DNA of 36,953 nt from Rhizaria sp. SCN 62-66 (taxonomy: Eukaryota), in NCBI GenBank assembly GCA_001724265.1, contig MEDY01000309.1, positions 1 through 36,953 of the forward strand. The letters are read 5' to 3'. The notes under the pieces are model-generated. The model saw only the letters and a list, made by a program, of their open reading frames with translations, was not told where the DNA came from and searched no databases. Numbering within the stretch: position 1 is the first letter of the stretch; each line of letters opens with the position of its first letter. The translations under genes and the position numbers were made by a program. Of the stretch, positions 23,526 through 36,251 are shown piece by piece.

Positions 23526-25794
23526 TGTGTGGGTGAATTAATTAAACAGAAAACGGACGAGCAGAGGCAGCAGCAAATGGGCTGGCTCTGAGTCGGTGCG
23601 CGCGAACGGGCAGCGGTGCGCTGTCAGTCGAGAGCCTGTGGCGCGGGCAAAGCTGTGAGGCGAGCGAGCGAGGCTGAGTCGAGAGTGCTGACGCTGCTGT
23701 GGGCTGCAAGTCGCGACTACGGTGGCGGCGAGAGCGAGAGGCAACGCGGGGAAGCGAGCGGGCGGGAGCGGGGCCGTTCGCGAGGGCGTACGCGGGAGCG
23801 CGAGCGAGAGCTTCGGGGGGGCTTGCGGCGGCTCTGGGGTAGCAGCAGCGGCAGCCGGGGGACTTAAGGAACTGAACTGCCTTGCTTTCACTGCCGGAGA
23901 GGACAGTTAGGGAAACGCGGGGTCGGAGACGCGTTTGCGGGGCAACGCGCAAAGGGCGAGCGCGGGCTTGGGGCGGCGAGCAGCGACGAGAGCGGCAGCA
24001 GCAACAGTGGCAGCGGCCAGCAACAGACGCGACGCCTATACGCCACAGAAGAAGCAAAGAAGGAAATATGATCGCAAAAACAAAGAAATTAGCTCATGCA
24101 AGCAGAGTTGAATTGGAGATTCTTGGTCGTATCGTTATTGACAATCCAAATAGGATGCAAAACGGGGTGGCAAAAGCACGTTTTGATCCTCGTGTTCGGG
24201 CGAGGCCAGAAAGAGCAGCTGCACCGGGGCCTACTCTAGGGCCCCAATACGCATGATAAATCCGTCTGACGCGTTCAACGACAGAATATGTGGTGTCCAA
24301 GCGCAAGAACATGTCGCTGGTTGGTAGCCGAAAAGCTTAAAGTGAAACGGGAGGGACTACGTGCAAACAAGGGCAAAGAATTGTCCGCGTCCTCGGCAAG
24401 TGCGCGCACCGCAAAAATAACCCGGAAAACGGCACGCAAACAAGTGCAAGCACCGGGATGAAGCACATAGAACAGAAAAAAGTGACAATAACTCAATTCC
24501 ACCAAAACTTTGCCATAAAGCTGACTTCACAACGAATTACAGCGGTCTATCAAATACAGCCCGCCGCCCTCTGCCTTCGTCGGCATCTGGCCGAGTGACC
24601 GTGAGCAAGGTAATTGCCACTTTAGGAATGGCATCAAGCAGCTGACACCACGCCAATGCGCTATCTAGCTTTGTGCATCACATTAAAGTCGTGTTTTTTA
24701 TATTTTCCTAAAATAACACTGTGACATTGCTCCATCTTGACGATCTTCAACGCGCTTTTCAGTCTTCCTCTTTGACCTAGTCTCTAACCGCTCGCCAACT
24801 CCACGCCGTACCCTTGGTAGCCGCATCTACTCTTCTTCAACACGCATGTCGTCACTGTTTAAGGGCTGTATGTTGAGTGTATTTGCTAGCTGATGTGTCA
24901 TTCCTTTTCTTTGAGCTTCGGAAGTGTGTGTTCGTGTGGGTCCTGTGACCCATGCGGCTGTTACCAACCGTTGCGACCGCTTGTGCTGTTTTCCTCTTTG
25001 TACGCACTTACTAGTTACTCTTAGCGATAACCTTAAGCCCCTGTGATTTTTGAGTGGACTTAGTACCTACGAGCGCTGTTTTATGTAGCTCAGGCATTGT
25101 CTTGATAGCACAGCAGCACCTAAGGGGAGAGATGTTCATAGCAGCAAATCCCTACTTCGATCATATTCTAGAAGTCAGATATCGTGACGATTATAATGGG
25201 CAATGCTATTTAAACCGATTTATTACATACTATTTGTAACGATGTATTACATATTACAATATTTTTAACTGTAGATGTTGTTTAAGTACATAAGTCCCTG
25301 CATTTGTGGAAGCTCACCGCCGCCTTCCTTGGATATCTACTTCTCCTCAATAACCTCAAAGGATAAACAAACAAAGTCACATAGACAGCGCATTGTGGCA
25401 ATGTTTATATCTCTATTTTAATTGCCTAATAAATACCAATTTAAGTTGAGAGAGCAACGCTGACGCTGTGTAGCCTCCATAAAACACGATCCAGACTTCC
25501 TCCGCCTCGTGCATCATCATTCTGCCTTGGACGGCAACTCAAACATTGCATACATCGCACGTATTCAGAAGACTAAGATATATAATAGAGATATTATATG
25601 TAAATGGTGTCTTTCTGTTTTAATTTTTAACCATATTTGCGCTGACGGAAGCACCAGCGAAATATCCATCCCCGACTGACCCCATTCCCCTTTCCTCCTG
25701 CTGTTCGCCCCTCTTCCCTCCCGTGCGCCACCCCAGCCGCCCCCGCGGCTGTTCCTTCCTCTCCCCGCCTTCCCCACCCCGTTCCGCGCGGCAG

Positions 25795-28700
25795 ATGGGC
25801 GGCGCCGTGTCCGCGCTGCTGGGCAGCAGCGTGCCGACGCTGCGCGCGGTGTTCAAGGAGCTGACCGTGCCGCTGCTCTCAGGCGACTGGCCGGCGCTGC
25901 TGCGCAACGCGCGCTTCTGGGCCTTCGCCGCGCGCATCCGCGCCACACCGCGCTACCTACTGCTGCTGCGCGCGCAGATGGCTTCGGTGCTGGCCGAGGG
26001 CGACGCGGCCATCGCGGTGCTGCTGCGCGCCGCGCTGCCCACGGTCCCGCCCGCGGGCACGGCGCTCGTGCTCTCGGTGCTGCGCCTGCCCTTCGTGACG
26101 GCCATGCTGCAGTCCGTCTGGTTCTGGGCGCTGCTGCTCGACAGGGAGTTTGTGCAGGGCATGCTCGGCATTAACTACGAGTTCGGCTTCGCAGGGTACG
26201 CGTCTCATCATAACAAAGCAAACGCTGATCAAATTGTGCTATTTTTCACTAAATTGTGTATATCTCGCTTTTATGATATCCTTAACGAACTATACTGCAT
26301 TAATGCATTAAATTCATTTTTTTCCAAAATACTGTATGTTTTCGTTTGGTTTTGTGTTTGCTATATAGATCAACGATCGCGATGATTCTGGCGCAACTGT
26401 CTCGTCCGGAGGTCACCTACTTACTCAGCGACATCGAGCTGCTCACAACCAAGGCGGCCGCTGCGACAGCTATGGCGGCGAAAGATAAAACACAAGCTAA
26501 AAACAAAACAAAGCAGAGTGGAACTAAGACTAACGCGAAGACGAACACAAACGCGCCGATTAGTGCAAGTGCGAAATCAAGTGAGAGCGAAACTAATGGT
26601 GGCTCCGCCTCTGCCGCCCCTGTCACGCCTCGATTGGGTTTCAGCACAAGTGCCTTATTCCAGCGTTTATGCGCAGATGCCGCCACACTATCCCGCAACT
26701 TAGCCCTCTACGCCAGCAAGCAGCGGAAACAGCTAAGGCAGCAACAACAACAGCAGCAACATCAGCAGCACCACTAGCCGTTGCAGCAACAGGTATTGCA
26801 GCCCCCGAAGCGTCTGTGGGTGACTGTGCTGCGCTTTGCGGCCTCGGCCTCGGTCTCGGCGCTGGCGGCCGACCCCGCGCTAGACCAAGCGGTCGAGGCC
26901 CTTACACGGCCACTTACACCCGACGAGGCACTGAGACAGAGGGCGATGATGCAGACGCTGGAGTCGGCCGACGCAGCCACCGCAGCAACTGCTACCGCAG
27001 CAGCAGCGACTACAGCAAAGACCGAGACTGCTCCTGCAGCTGCGCCTGCAACCGCGACTGTGACGTCGATTGCAGCTGAAACTGCGCCGTCAATCGAGAC
27101 TGAGACTGCGGCTGAGACTGTGGTGGGGGCATTGGTGCGGCTGCTGTGGGCGCGTTTGTCAGTCGCGCTGGACACTTACACTGCGCCCAAGGGTACTTAC
27201 ACCTCTCCAGCGAATACCACTGCTAAGACACAGCAGGCTACTGGCACCAAGGACAGCGACAAGGCCGCCGCGGCCGACTGCGACGCCGCGACTGACAATG
27301 AGGAGGCTGCGAATGACCGGGAGGGTGCGAGCCTTGGCGCGCTGCTCCGCGCCTCGTGCGCCGCCATCGCGGACTTTGCGCGCAGTCCGCTGATGCGCGC
27401 GCCGGTGTGCAGCAGCAAAACACATGCAAACACATCCACTGACGTAAACAGCAGCTCGAACGTTGCGCAACAGCAGCCTAGCGCGGGTGACCGTGGGCAG
27501 GAGGTGGTGACTGTGGGTATGTTTCTGGCGCATCACATTGATGTCGTTATCGACGGCTGCCGCTTGTTTTCGCGTGATTTGCTGACCCTGCTGCGTGAAG
27601 GTCTCCAAGAAGCAGCGAAACAGCACAAAGAGCAGCAAATTCTCCGCAAGCAGCAGCAGCAGCAGCAAGAGAATGAGCAGCAGCAACATCAGCAACAACA
27701 GCGCGCATCATTGCAACGGCAATCTGAAAACGCGAGTGCGAGCACGCCTGCTCCGAGTGCTGATGCCGGTGTCGTGCGAACTGTGCCCATTTGGCCTGAC
27801 GCTTCAGCTGCAAGAGTCCCCGTCAATAACAACAAATATAGCAAAATCACTGCAGATTCTGTGAGCGCAAAGGACTCGACTCTTGACAGTGTGATTGACG
27901 GCCATATTGACTCATTTCTTCAGCAAGATCTCTCTGAAGACGACGCTACTCGCAACAACTCGCTGCCACACTCACAGATGCCGTCACAGTCCCAGCTACA
28001 GCCACAGCTACAGCTACAACAACAGTCGCACTTGTAGTCGTCGCTGGCCACCTCCCCCTGGTCGGTATGGCTGCCCCAGTCGATCCTGCTGCTCTCGCTC
28101 GCGCGCTGGGCCGTGCTGAGCCCGCAGTCGTTGCGGGGCGTGCTGATGCTCGCGATGGCGGCACCGGCGTGGGGGCAGGTCTGCGCCTCTGCCGCCACTG
28201 CCGCAGTCGCAGGCACTGCTCCAACCCCAGCCACAGCCACTGCCGCTGCCACTGCCGCTGTGACAGCCGCAACCGAGGACTTGGCGTTGCTCTATGACCA
28301 GTATTTGGCGACTCTCCGCAGCAATAATGCCTATAGCGGCCCCAGCACCTGTTCGGGCGATCAGACTGACTCACGACCTGCGTCGGCTGCGCAGGCCGTG
28401 TTGGCGCCCCTCGTCGCGGCTGTGAGCTGTCCCTTCGCACGCTCGCTCGTCTCGCTCCTTTTGAGTCCCGCAGCGAAAGCGCACGGGGCGACGAGCAGCG
28501 CGAGTAGTTACTGCTGGTCACTGCGTGAGTTGCAGAAAGCGACGTCTCGCGGCTTAACTGCCGGAGGGGGCGACTTGACTTCTCATGCGAGCGATCAACT
28601 GGGTCTAATTGTCCCTTTCTCCCCTTTCTCGCAACTCTCGCAAAAGCTCGCTCACAACACACACAACGCCACGTGTACAGCGAGCTCTCCCGTCAGCCCT

Positions 28701-31700
28701 GCTGGCTGCGCGGCCGTGGTGCCCGTCGTCGCGGTGGTCGTGGCCAGCGTGCGCGACGCACTCGCGCTGCTGGGCGCCGCGTCGCAAATGCCTGCAGACT
28801 GCGTCGACTGCGAGCGCGGCGAGTGTCAGTGCCAGAGTTAGCGCCAGCGCCAGCGCCAGTGTCAGAGCCAGTACAGGATGAGTGACTCTGAGCATGAGAA
28901 GAACAGTGACCGTGAGCGTGTGCGTGACTCTGAGCAGCGCGGTCAGTGCTTGTATCACGTCGACGGCGACTGTGAGCTGGACGTTAGTGATCATGAACAC
29001 CGGCAGCAAAATTCACCGCAGCTTCTGATGCAGCGCCAGCAGTATTGTCAGCTCCTACAACTGTGGGACTGTAGCAATGTGCAAAGCGCTGCTGTAAGCG
29101 CCAACGACGGAGGCGATCCTAGCACCACCACTACTCACAACAAGAATAACAAACACGGTGGCAAGAGTAAGAGTGCAAAGAGTGCAAAGCCTAGTCAAAG
29201 CTGGTGGTCTAAACTCTGGCCTTGGAGTGATAACACCTCTACCACTAGTGCCGACACGACTGCTGTAGCTGCGACGGTCAACAGTGCTGCTGAGAGCGTC
29301 CCTGTCTCATCAGCTTCTGCCAGTCACAGTGACAGTCTCGCTACCGCAACTGCGGCGACAGTGCCCACAGTCACCCCCTCCCCCTCCGTGCTCACGGTTA
29401 CTCTCCCGCTGGACCTGCCCCTCGTGCACACGCTCTCTCGCTTCTGCGACGCGATGCTGCTCGCAGTGCCCACGCTCGTGCCTCACAGCGCTGACTCGAC
29501 CGCGACTGCAGCGGGCTCAGAGACTGCGACCGCGCCGCTGCTGGCCTCACTTGTCTCGCAAGTCTTCTTCACGCCCGCCGTGCTGGCCTCGTTTCTTGGC
29601 ACCATGTGGGTCGACTCGCTTCTCTGGACACTTGCGGAGTCGCTCCAACAGCAAACCCCTGCCACGGCCTCAACAGCAGCAGCAGCGGCAGCAGCGACGC
29701 CGGGAACAAGGCTAGGGACAACCGCAGCACCATTAGCTCTGGCCGCGAGCGCGTCGCCCACTGTCGGCCCGCTGCGCATGCTCTATCTGCGCACGCAGGC
29801 CAACGCGGCCGCTTCGATCCGTCTCGGGCGCATTTTTTCGGCCCCCGCCGTTGTGGCCGCGTTCGTCGCGCGCGCCGCGGGCTGGCGCACCGTGGGCGGC
29901 CGCGCGTTCAGGCGCGTGTTCAGCATCGGCGCGCTGACCGAGAGCGAGCTCGACGCCTACACCGGCGCTAACACCTCGAACAGCACTCACATGAACCCGA
30001 ACACGGGCGCGGGCAGTCACAGTGGCGGCGCTAGCGGGAGGATGGGTGTCGGGACAGCGATTACGGCCTTCGTTGGCGATATTGTTGCTGGCCTTGCGGA
30101 TATCCACTTGCATTCCGGCAGGTATTTGCATGGCGCCGATGGACAATTACGCTTTGATGCTAACAGCAACAAAGACGGACTGCTGAACGTGAACACTAAT
30201 GCAGCTTTGGTAAAGGAGTCTCATGCACAGACACATGTCCCTTTGCTATCTCTCGAACAACTGCAATCCCAGTCTCTGTTGCGCTCGCAGTCGCAGCAAC
30301 AGACGCAGTCGCGCTCGCTGCTTGTGCCGCTGCTGCAGTCGCCGTGGCTGGTCGCGTCCTGCTTGCATATCGTTCTGGCTCGTTTGTGGCCTGCCTGCGT
30401 CAACACCACAACTGCAACAACTGCAGCAACAACGTCAAACAACACAAACTCGCACTTAAGCGCGGGCGCGAGCACTCGTGCCGCTGCAGTCTTCCCGTGG
30501 GCCGCGTGCGTTGTCGCGATCATGCTGTCTGCGCTCACGGTCACTCCGCCTGCGTCGAACGGCGTCAGTACAAGCTCTGTCGGGAACCTAAGTGCCGCCC
30601 TTGGAGATGTCAATAACAGCTCTTCAGTGTTCACGCCGATCGTGTACAAAGAGGCGCGCGCCGCGGTGCTTGCGCTTGTGACTCACCCACTTACACTGCC
30701 GTACATCAGCCATCTAAGTACCTATCTAAGTGCCGCAAACAACAAGGACAACGTCAACAAACAGCAACAACAACGCGCTACAACGACGCTTTACACGAAC
30801 AACAGCACGAGCCCTGTGAGCACTGCCAATCACAATATGCATACACACAGTACCATTAACAATGGTGCTGGTTCAAGTGCTGGTGTCGGCGTCAGCGTTG
30901 GTAATCGAGTGAAAATGGGTTTTGTTAATGCGAGTCCGAAGGTAAAGCAACTCTTTTCTCGTATTGCGCAAATGCGCAAGCAGCAACAGCAGCAAAAGCA
31001 ACAGCAGTTGCCGCCCCAGGCACAGTTACGTTCTAGCTCAAGCTCCAATGCGAGTGCTAATGTGAATCAGCCACAGCCGCAGTCGCATTCACAGTCGCAT
31101 GTCCCGCTGCTGTTGTTTCCCCCGCGGCCACTGCTGCGCGTGTTGCTGGCGTCTGCACCCACGCTGCTGTCTCTCATCTTGTCGGCTGTTGCGAGCGCTC
31201 ACAGTCACCCTCCAGCGCCCGCACACGCGCTGCCACAGTCATAGTCACATTCTTTGAGTAACGCTGGTGTTGATCAAGTGAACAACTCCGCTGTTGCCGC
31301 TTCTGCTCCTGCTGCCGTGCATGCGACTGAAGCCAAGGCCCGCCTGTGCGCCGCTGCCCGTGTGAACGCTGCGGCCGAGACGCACGGTCGGCTCACGCGT
31401 TTGTTCATCGCCAACACGTCGCGCTCCATCGCGCGGCTTGCAGCCGCGGACAGAATCACGCCAGATATTAATGCAAGTGCTTCTGGCTCCGGTGTAAATG
31501 GGTGCTTTGTTGCAGCGCGCCACCTCGCACGCTTACTCGTCACAGACCCTTCAAACAACGCCGCCTCCACTAACCCAACCGCAGCGGCGACAGCGGCGAC
31601 AACGGCGACGATGAATGTCAAGACGAAGCATAGCGAAGCTGTATGTGCGCGTGTGTGTGTGCGCAGCGGCGTGCTGCAGCTGCTCACGGTCAGTTTCTGG

Positions 31701-34700
31701 CTCGCAGCGCGTCAGCTCGCGCGTCGTGCGCAGCTGCGCAGTGCCGAAGTCGCTGTGCCGCCGAAAACGCCATCGGATTCTGGCAAACTCAACGGCAATG
31801 TGCATACCAATAGCTGTGATGTTAGTGATGATGATCAAGACGACAGCGACTACTTTAGCGATCATGATGATGACGACACTGATTGCGACTTTGAGACGAG
31901 CATGAACACTGTTAGAACTTCCAGCAGTGGTGTTGTAAGCCGTGTGCGTGCTTCTTTGCCCGGTGTCAGCCAGTTCTTGTACCACACTGCCGTCCCGGTA
32001 CTGTCGCGCGCGCTCACGCTCTCTGCGGCGCTGGACTCATGGATGCCCACGACTACTGGAAGCGGGAGTCTCAGCACCCGCTTAGATCTCACTCCGAACA
32101 TTAAGTCAAGCGTGAAGACCAAAGCGGCAGCGGTTGATGCGGCGCTGCTGTCTCTCACCCAGCAGTTTACGACGAACGCTCACATCACGTGCCCTTGCCC
32201 CTGCGCTTGCCATAACAGCATCAACAACATTATCAGCTCCAGCAGCGTAAACGCACATTCGAGCTCTCCGGACTCAAGTTTCAGTTGCCGTGATGACTGC
32301 GGATTTGCGTGTAGCTGCGGTGTTGTACATGTGTCGGTAGCGTTTCAACAGCCGCCCGCATCCGAGCGCGTGCACTCGCAGTCCCAGCCATTGCTGTCAC
32401 AGTCGTCGAGCTCGCAGCTTTCTTCAAGCTCGCAGTCGCTGATGGTGCGCTCGCGCTCTGTTGTTGTCGATGCGTTATTTCCCACAAATCCAATGAATAG
32501 TAATGTTCGGAGCAGTGCGAGTGTCAATAACGATGATGCTCGAGTTGATGCTCTCAAAACAACTGCGATCCGCCTCCGTCTTCATTTGAACACTGACAAG
32601 AACAGTGACACTGACAACAGTAACGACTCTGACACTAATGTGATCAACAGCAATGGAAGCAACAACTCGAGCACCAGTAAGAACAGCAGCACGAACACTC
32701 AGAGTGTGAATGCAATGACATCTGCTCGCGCACTAGCTTCCCGTCTCTACCCCGCGTCTCCCGCCTCTTCACTAAGGGGTGGCCGCGTCGCAACGGCAAC
32801 AGTGTCGTCTCTCGCCCTCGCATGCACGCATTACCTGCCGTCACTGCCATTACGAGTGCGGCTTTATTTCGATATTGCATCGCCCGCCCTGACTAACAGC
32901 AACAACAATGGTGGCATCAAGATTGACAGTGATCTCGATACAGCTGCCTTAAGTGACCGCGGGCGCAGTTTAGCAACGGACTCTCAACTCCTGCCGTTGC
33001 TGCAGCAGCGCTACCCTGCCACGCTCTCAGCCGCTGCCACGGCCGACGCGCTGCTGCTGCCGGCGCTGGCAATTGCGCACAGTGGCGCTGTGGCCGCGGT
33101 GGCCGGCAGCGAGGCGCTGGCGAACGCGATCGCGCTGGCCTGGGACAGGGCGCGGCTTTACAGAGGCAAGATTATCCGCAACAGCAACAACAACAACAAC
33201 AGCAACAACAGCACGAGCGAGAACACAAGCAATACCACTAATGCTGGTCACGTCAACAGTAGCTTTGCTAATACCGCTGGTTTCGGTTCCCACACCACCA
33301 GCGGTAGCTCCAGCGCGGCCAGCGGTCTCTCCCTGCTCTCGGCGTCGCCGGCCTCTGCGGCGCGGCTTGTCGGCCTTGGTCGCAGTCTAGCCAAGGACTC
33401 CACACTGCGCGCGGCCCTAGGTACGATCAATATACATGTATATTGATTCAATCAAAACTTTGACAAGCAAATCACTATCCTGACTATTATCAATTGCATT
33501 CATGACTTCGATCAACTTTACTTCGCTTTTTTTAATTGTTTTCATTGATAGTGCGCATCGCCGAGTCTCCGCTGCCAACTGTGGCGCCGCCTTTGATTGC
33601 TCTTCTGCTTGTTTTACTCGCACCAACAACAGCAACAGCGACCGCTACAACTGAGGCTACTGCTACTAATGCTAGCGGTGCTAATGTTGATGTTCAGAGT
33701 GACTGCTATGTGCGTGCGTTTGTCGCTACTGTGTTGTTCACAGTCACTTGCACATCAAACGCGCAGACAACAACACAAACGCAAGCCAGCACGGCCGCAA
33801 CTTACGCGTCAACGCTGAGCAATGGACGCACGACTAACATCAGCAATGACGCCAGTGTTGATACGAGTACAAGTGGTAACGACAGTGATAGTGTCAGTGA
33901 TGCAAGTGAGAACTCTGGTTTTGGTTTTATTCTTGATTTGCCCTCTGTTTTTGCTGCTGCTCTCAAGTCAGACTGCGATGTCGCAACTGCTGGCTCTAAA
34001 AGCGCCAGTAAGAGTGGTAACAACGGCAGCGTGATAGGCCACAAAAGTGAGTTCACATCGCTGTTAGAGCGACTTTCTGCGATTCTCACGCTTCTCATTC
34101 CTTTGCAACTGCCGCTTAGCAACACCACCACCTCGACAACGCATGGTCCAACATCTGCACCAGCGACAACGGAAGCTACTGCGGCGACGGCGGCCGCTGC
34201 GAATGTGACTAAGCTGGCACAAACACTGCTTAAGGTTGCTAGGGCGAATCAGCGGTGGGACCTCCAAGGTAAGTATAAGGACAACGCTCACTAAATGCAT
34301 TTTATCATAATCGTACAAGATGTCGTATATTGAATCATTAGATGAAGAAACTGCAATATATCTCTGAAAAATTACTGATTTTACATCTTCTCTCGTCGTA
34401 TCCCCGTCACATCTCCCAGGTCTACTAACCTCCAAGGCGACAGCAAAGGCTCTTTTGTCACCGGCAAGTGTGCTGCTGCTGGCGCGGGGGCGGGTGGCTC
34501 AGCTCAAGACACTGCTGGGCGGCGGCGGCAACAACAACACCAGCGCTATGAGCAACAGTGGTCGCAGCAGCAGCAACAGCAGTCATACTGCTGGTGGGAG
34601 TAACAGCGCGATGAGTATTGTGGGTGAACTGATGCGTGAAGGCTTTGCTGTGAGTAATACCTCCAGCAACAGTACCAACAGCTTGACCACAAACAACACT

Positions 34701-35588
34701 GCGAGCAAACTAGCTCACAGCAACCCGAACGTGGCCAGTGTTGCACCTGGAGCTGTTGCAACGCTTGCTAACAGCATTACTCCGAGTGACGCTGACGCTG
34801 ATGCTCTTTCCACAATAACGAGTGCTGACCCTGCTGCAAATGATGATAAACACAGTGCCTGCTATGACAAAGGCTCGGATGGTGACAACATCAAGAGCAG
34901 TGTCACTGTTACTGCCAACACATCTCAGGTTCCTGCGTTGATTTACAACGCCGATTCTCGCGACATCACGTCATCCACTCCTATCACCACAGCGACCGCA
35001 ACAACTCAAACAACGACCACTGGGACCGACGCTCCTGTTGGCAGTATTGGCATCCTCAACAGTGACAGTAATGTCAACGCCAGTCCCATCGCTGGTGTCA
35101 ATGCCAGTGTCGGTGCCAGTGACAAGGACGACGTTACGACTCTGAGCGCTCTGGCTCGACTCAGGGCTCGCATCAAGACGCGCATGCAACAAAAGGAAGC
35201 GCAGCCTCACTCAAAAGATGCGCCCCCACAAGCATCAACTGAGACTCAGTCACAGACACAGACACTTCCGCAGCAACAGCTCCAGCAATTACAACTACCG
35301 CCGTCAACCCAGTCGCCGCCGCTGCAGCTGCAGCAACAATCGCAGACGCCGCGGCGCTTCTTACCACTGCGTGTACTCACGCAACGCAACACAAACACGA
35401 TTTCGAACAACGGCAATAGCAATAGCACAACCAGACGTGCTCCGATATCTCTGTACAACGCCACAACTGCTACAATTTCGGTCGTCCCTATGCAAGTGAA
35501 CGCAGTTCATGGTCGTGACTGGAATGCCGGTATTGTTGACATAGTACGGGGTTTCAACGACGATTTGCCTATCGTTGCGCAATTCTAA
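25795..35588 (+). CDS. Giant hypothetical low-complexity protein, at least 3112 aa, with four in-frame TAG codons. Exons 25795-26195, 26369-33420, 33552-34268 and 34420-35588. The 5' end is uncertain.
   Basis: ORFs 26346, 26781, 28113, 28878 and 31254 share one frame and are separated only by TAG (26775, 28035, 28839, 31242). Introns 26196-26368 (phase 2), 33421-33551 (phase 1) and 34269-34419 (phase 1) have GT-AG ends with matching phases. Ends TAA at 35586-35588. The ATG at 25795 directly follows a polypyrimidine-CAG acceptor, so upstream exons probably exist. Confidence 0.8.
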
Positions 35589-36019
35589 CAAACATTCACC
35601 TCAAACCAAGTTTAATAGCTCTCGATAATTAGCTTATCACGTATAATCTAGCCATTCCCAATATATACCGAAAAAAAATTTTGATTCCTTTCTCATATTC
35701 ACTTCAGCAGTGCTCAGATATTCTCTCTGCAGTTGTTACGCTCACGCTGATGACGCATGTGCTGTCTGAAACTCTTCAGATTGCGCCAAATAAAACTCAT
35801 TTTAAATCATGTTTATTTGTCTTCAGATGACTAGTTTTATATTTCGAACCACGAGGTAACGTGAACACTTTACGGATATAACATCAAAAGTCATATAATA
35901 TTATTCTGAAGTTTTAATAACTAAGATTTTAGGCGGCGACGTCATCTACAGCTCAATAACTAGCGTAAACAGCTCGTTTTGACCTTGTCTAAGTACCACT
36001 TAGACAGGGAACATAGAAA

Positions 36020-36092
36020 AGTTCTATAGCTCAGTGGTATGAGCATTGGTCTAATAAGCCAATGGTCCTGGGTTCGACCCCCAGTAGGACTA
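36020..36092 (+). tRNA. tRNA-Ile(AAT), copy 1
   Basis: 73-nt cloverleaf: acceptor AGTTCTA/TAGGACT+A, D-arm GCTC/GAGC, anticodon stem TTGGT/GCCAA with loop CTAATAA (AAT at 36053-36055), T-arm CTGGG-TTCGACC-CCCAG. It is followed immediately by a T-run (Pol III terminator). Confidence 0.95.
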
Positions 36093-36251
36093 TTTTTTTT
36101 GTTCTACGTTCCTTACTTTAGCCACCACTCCAGCCTATTCAGTCTCTCGCTTCATCAAGCATGTGAAAGAACGTGCGTTGTCTGCTGCCGAAGTGCGTCC
36201 ACTGCAAAGTGTACGACTGGAGCATCAGAGTAGCGTATTGTGCAGCAAAGC

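Noticed and set aside
23538-24256. ORFs in the GC-rich stretch upstream of XPOT
   Set aside because: No codon bias or domain, mostly non-ATG starts. More likely 5'-UTR or promoter.
25795-35588. Giant gene as a pseudogene with nonsense mutations
   Set aside because: More than 9 kb has no frameshift, no in-frame TAA/TGA and intact splice sites. Decay should also give CAA>TAA and CGA/TGG>TGA. This is disfavoured but not formally excluded.
36046-36062. tRNA as an amber suppressor (CTA appears in the anticodon loop)
   Set aside because: The stem TTGGT/GCCAA fixes the 7-nt loop CTAATAA. CTA occupies positions 32-34 and the anticodon is AAT (Ile). No tRNA(CUA) is visible in this window.
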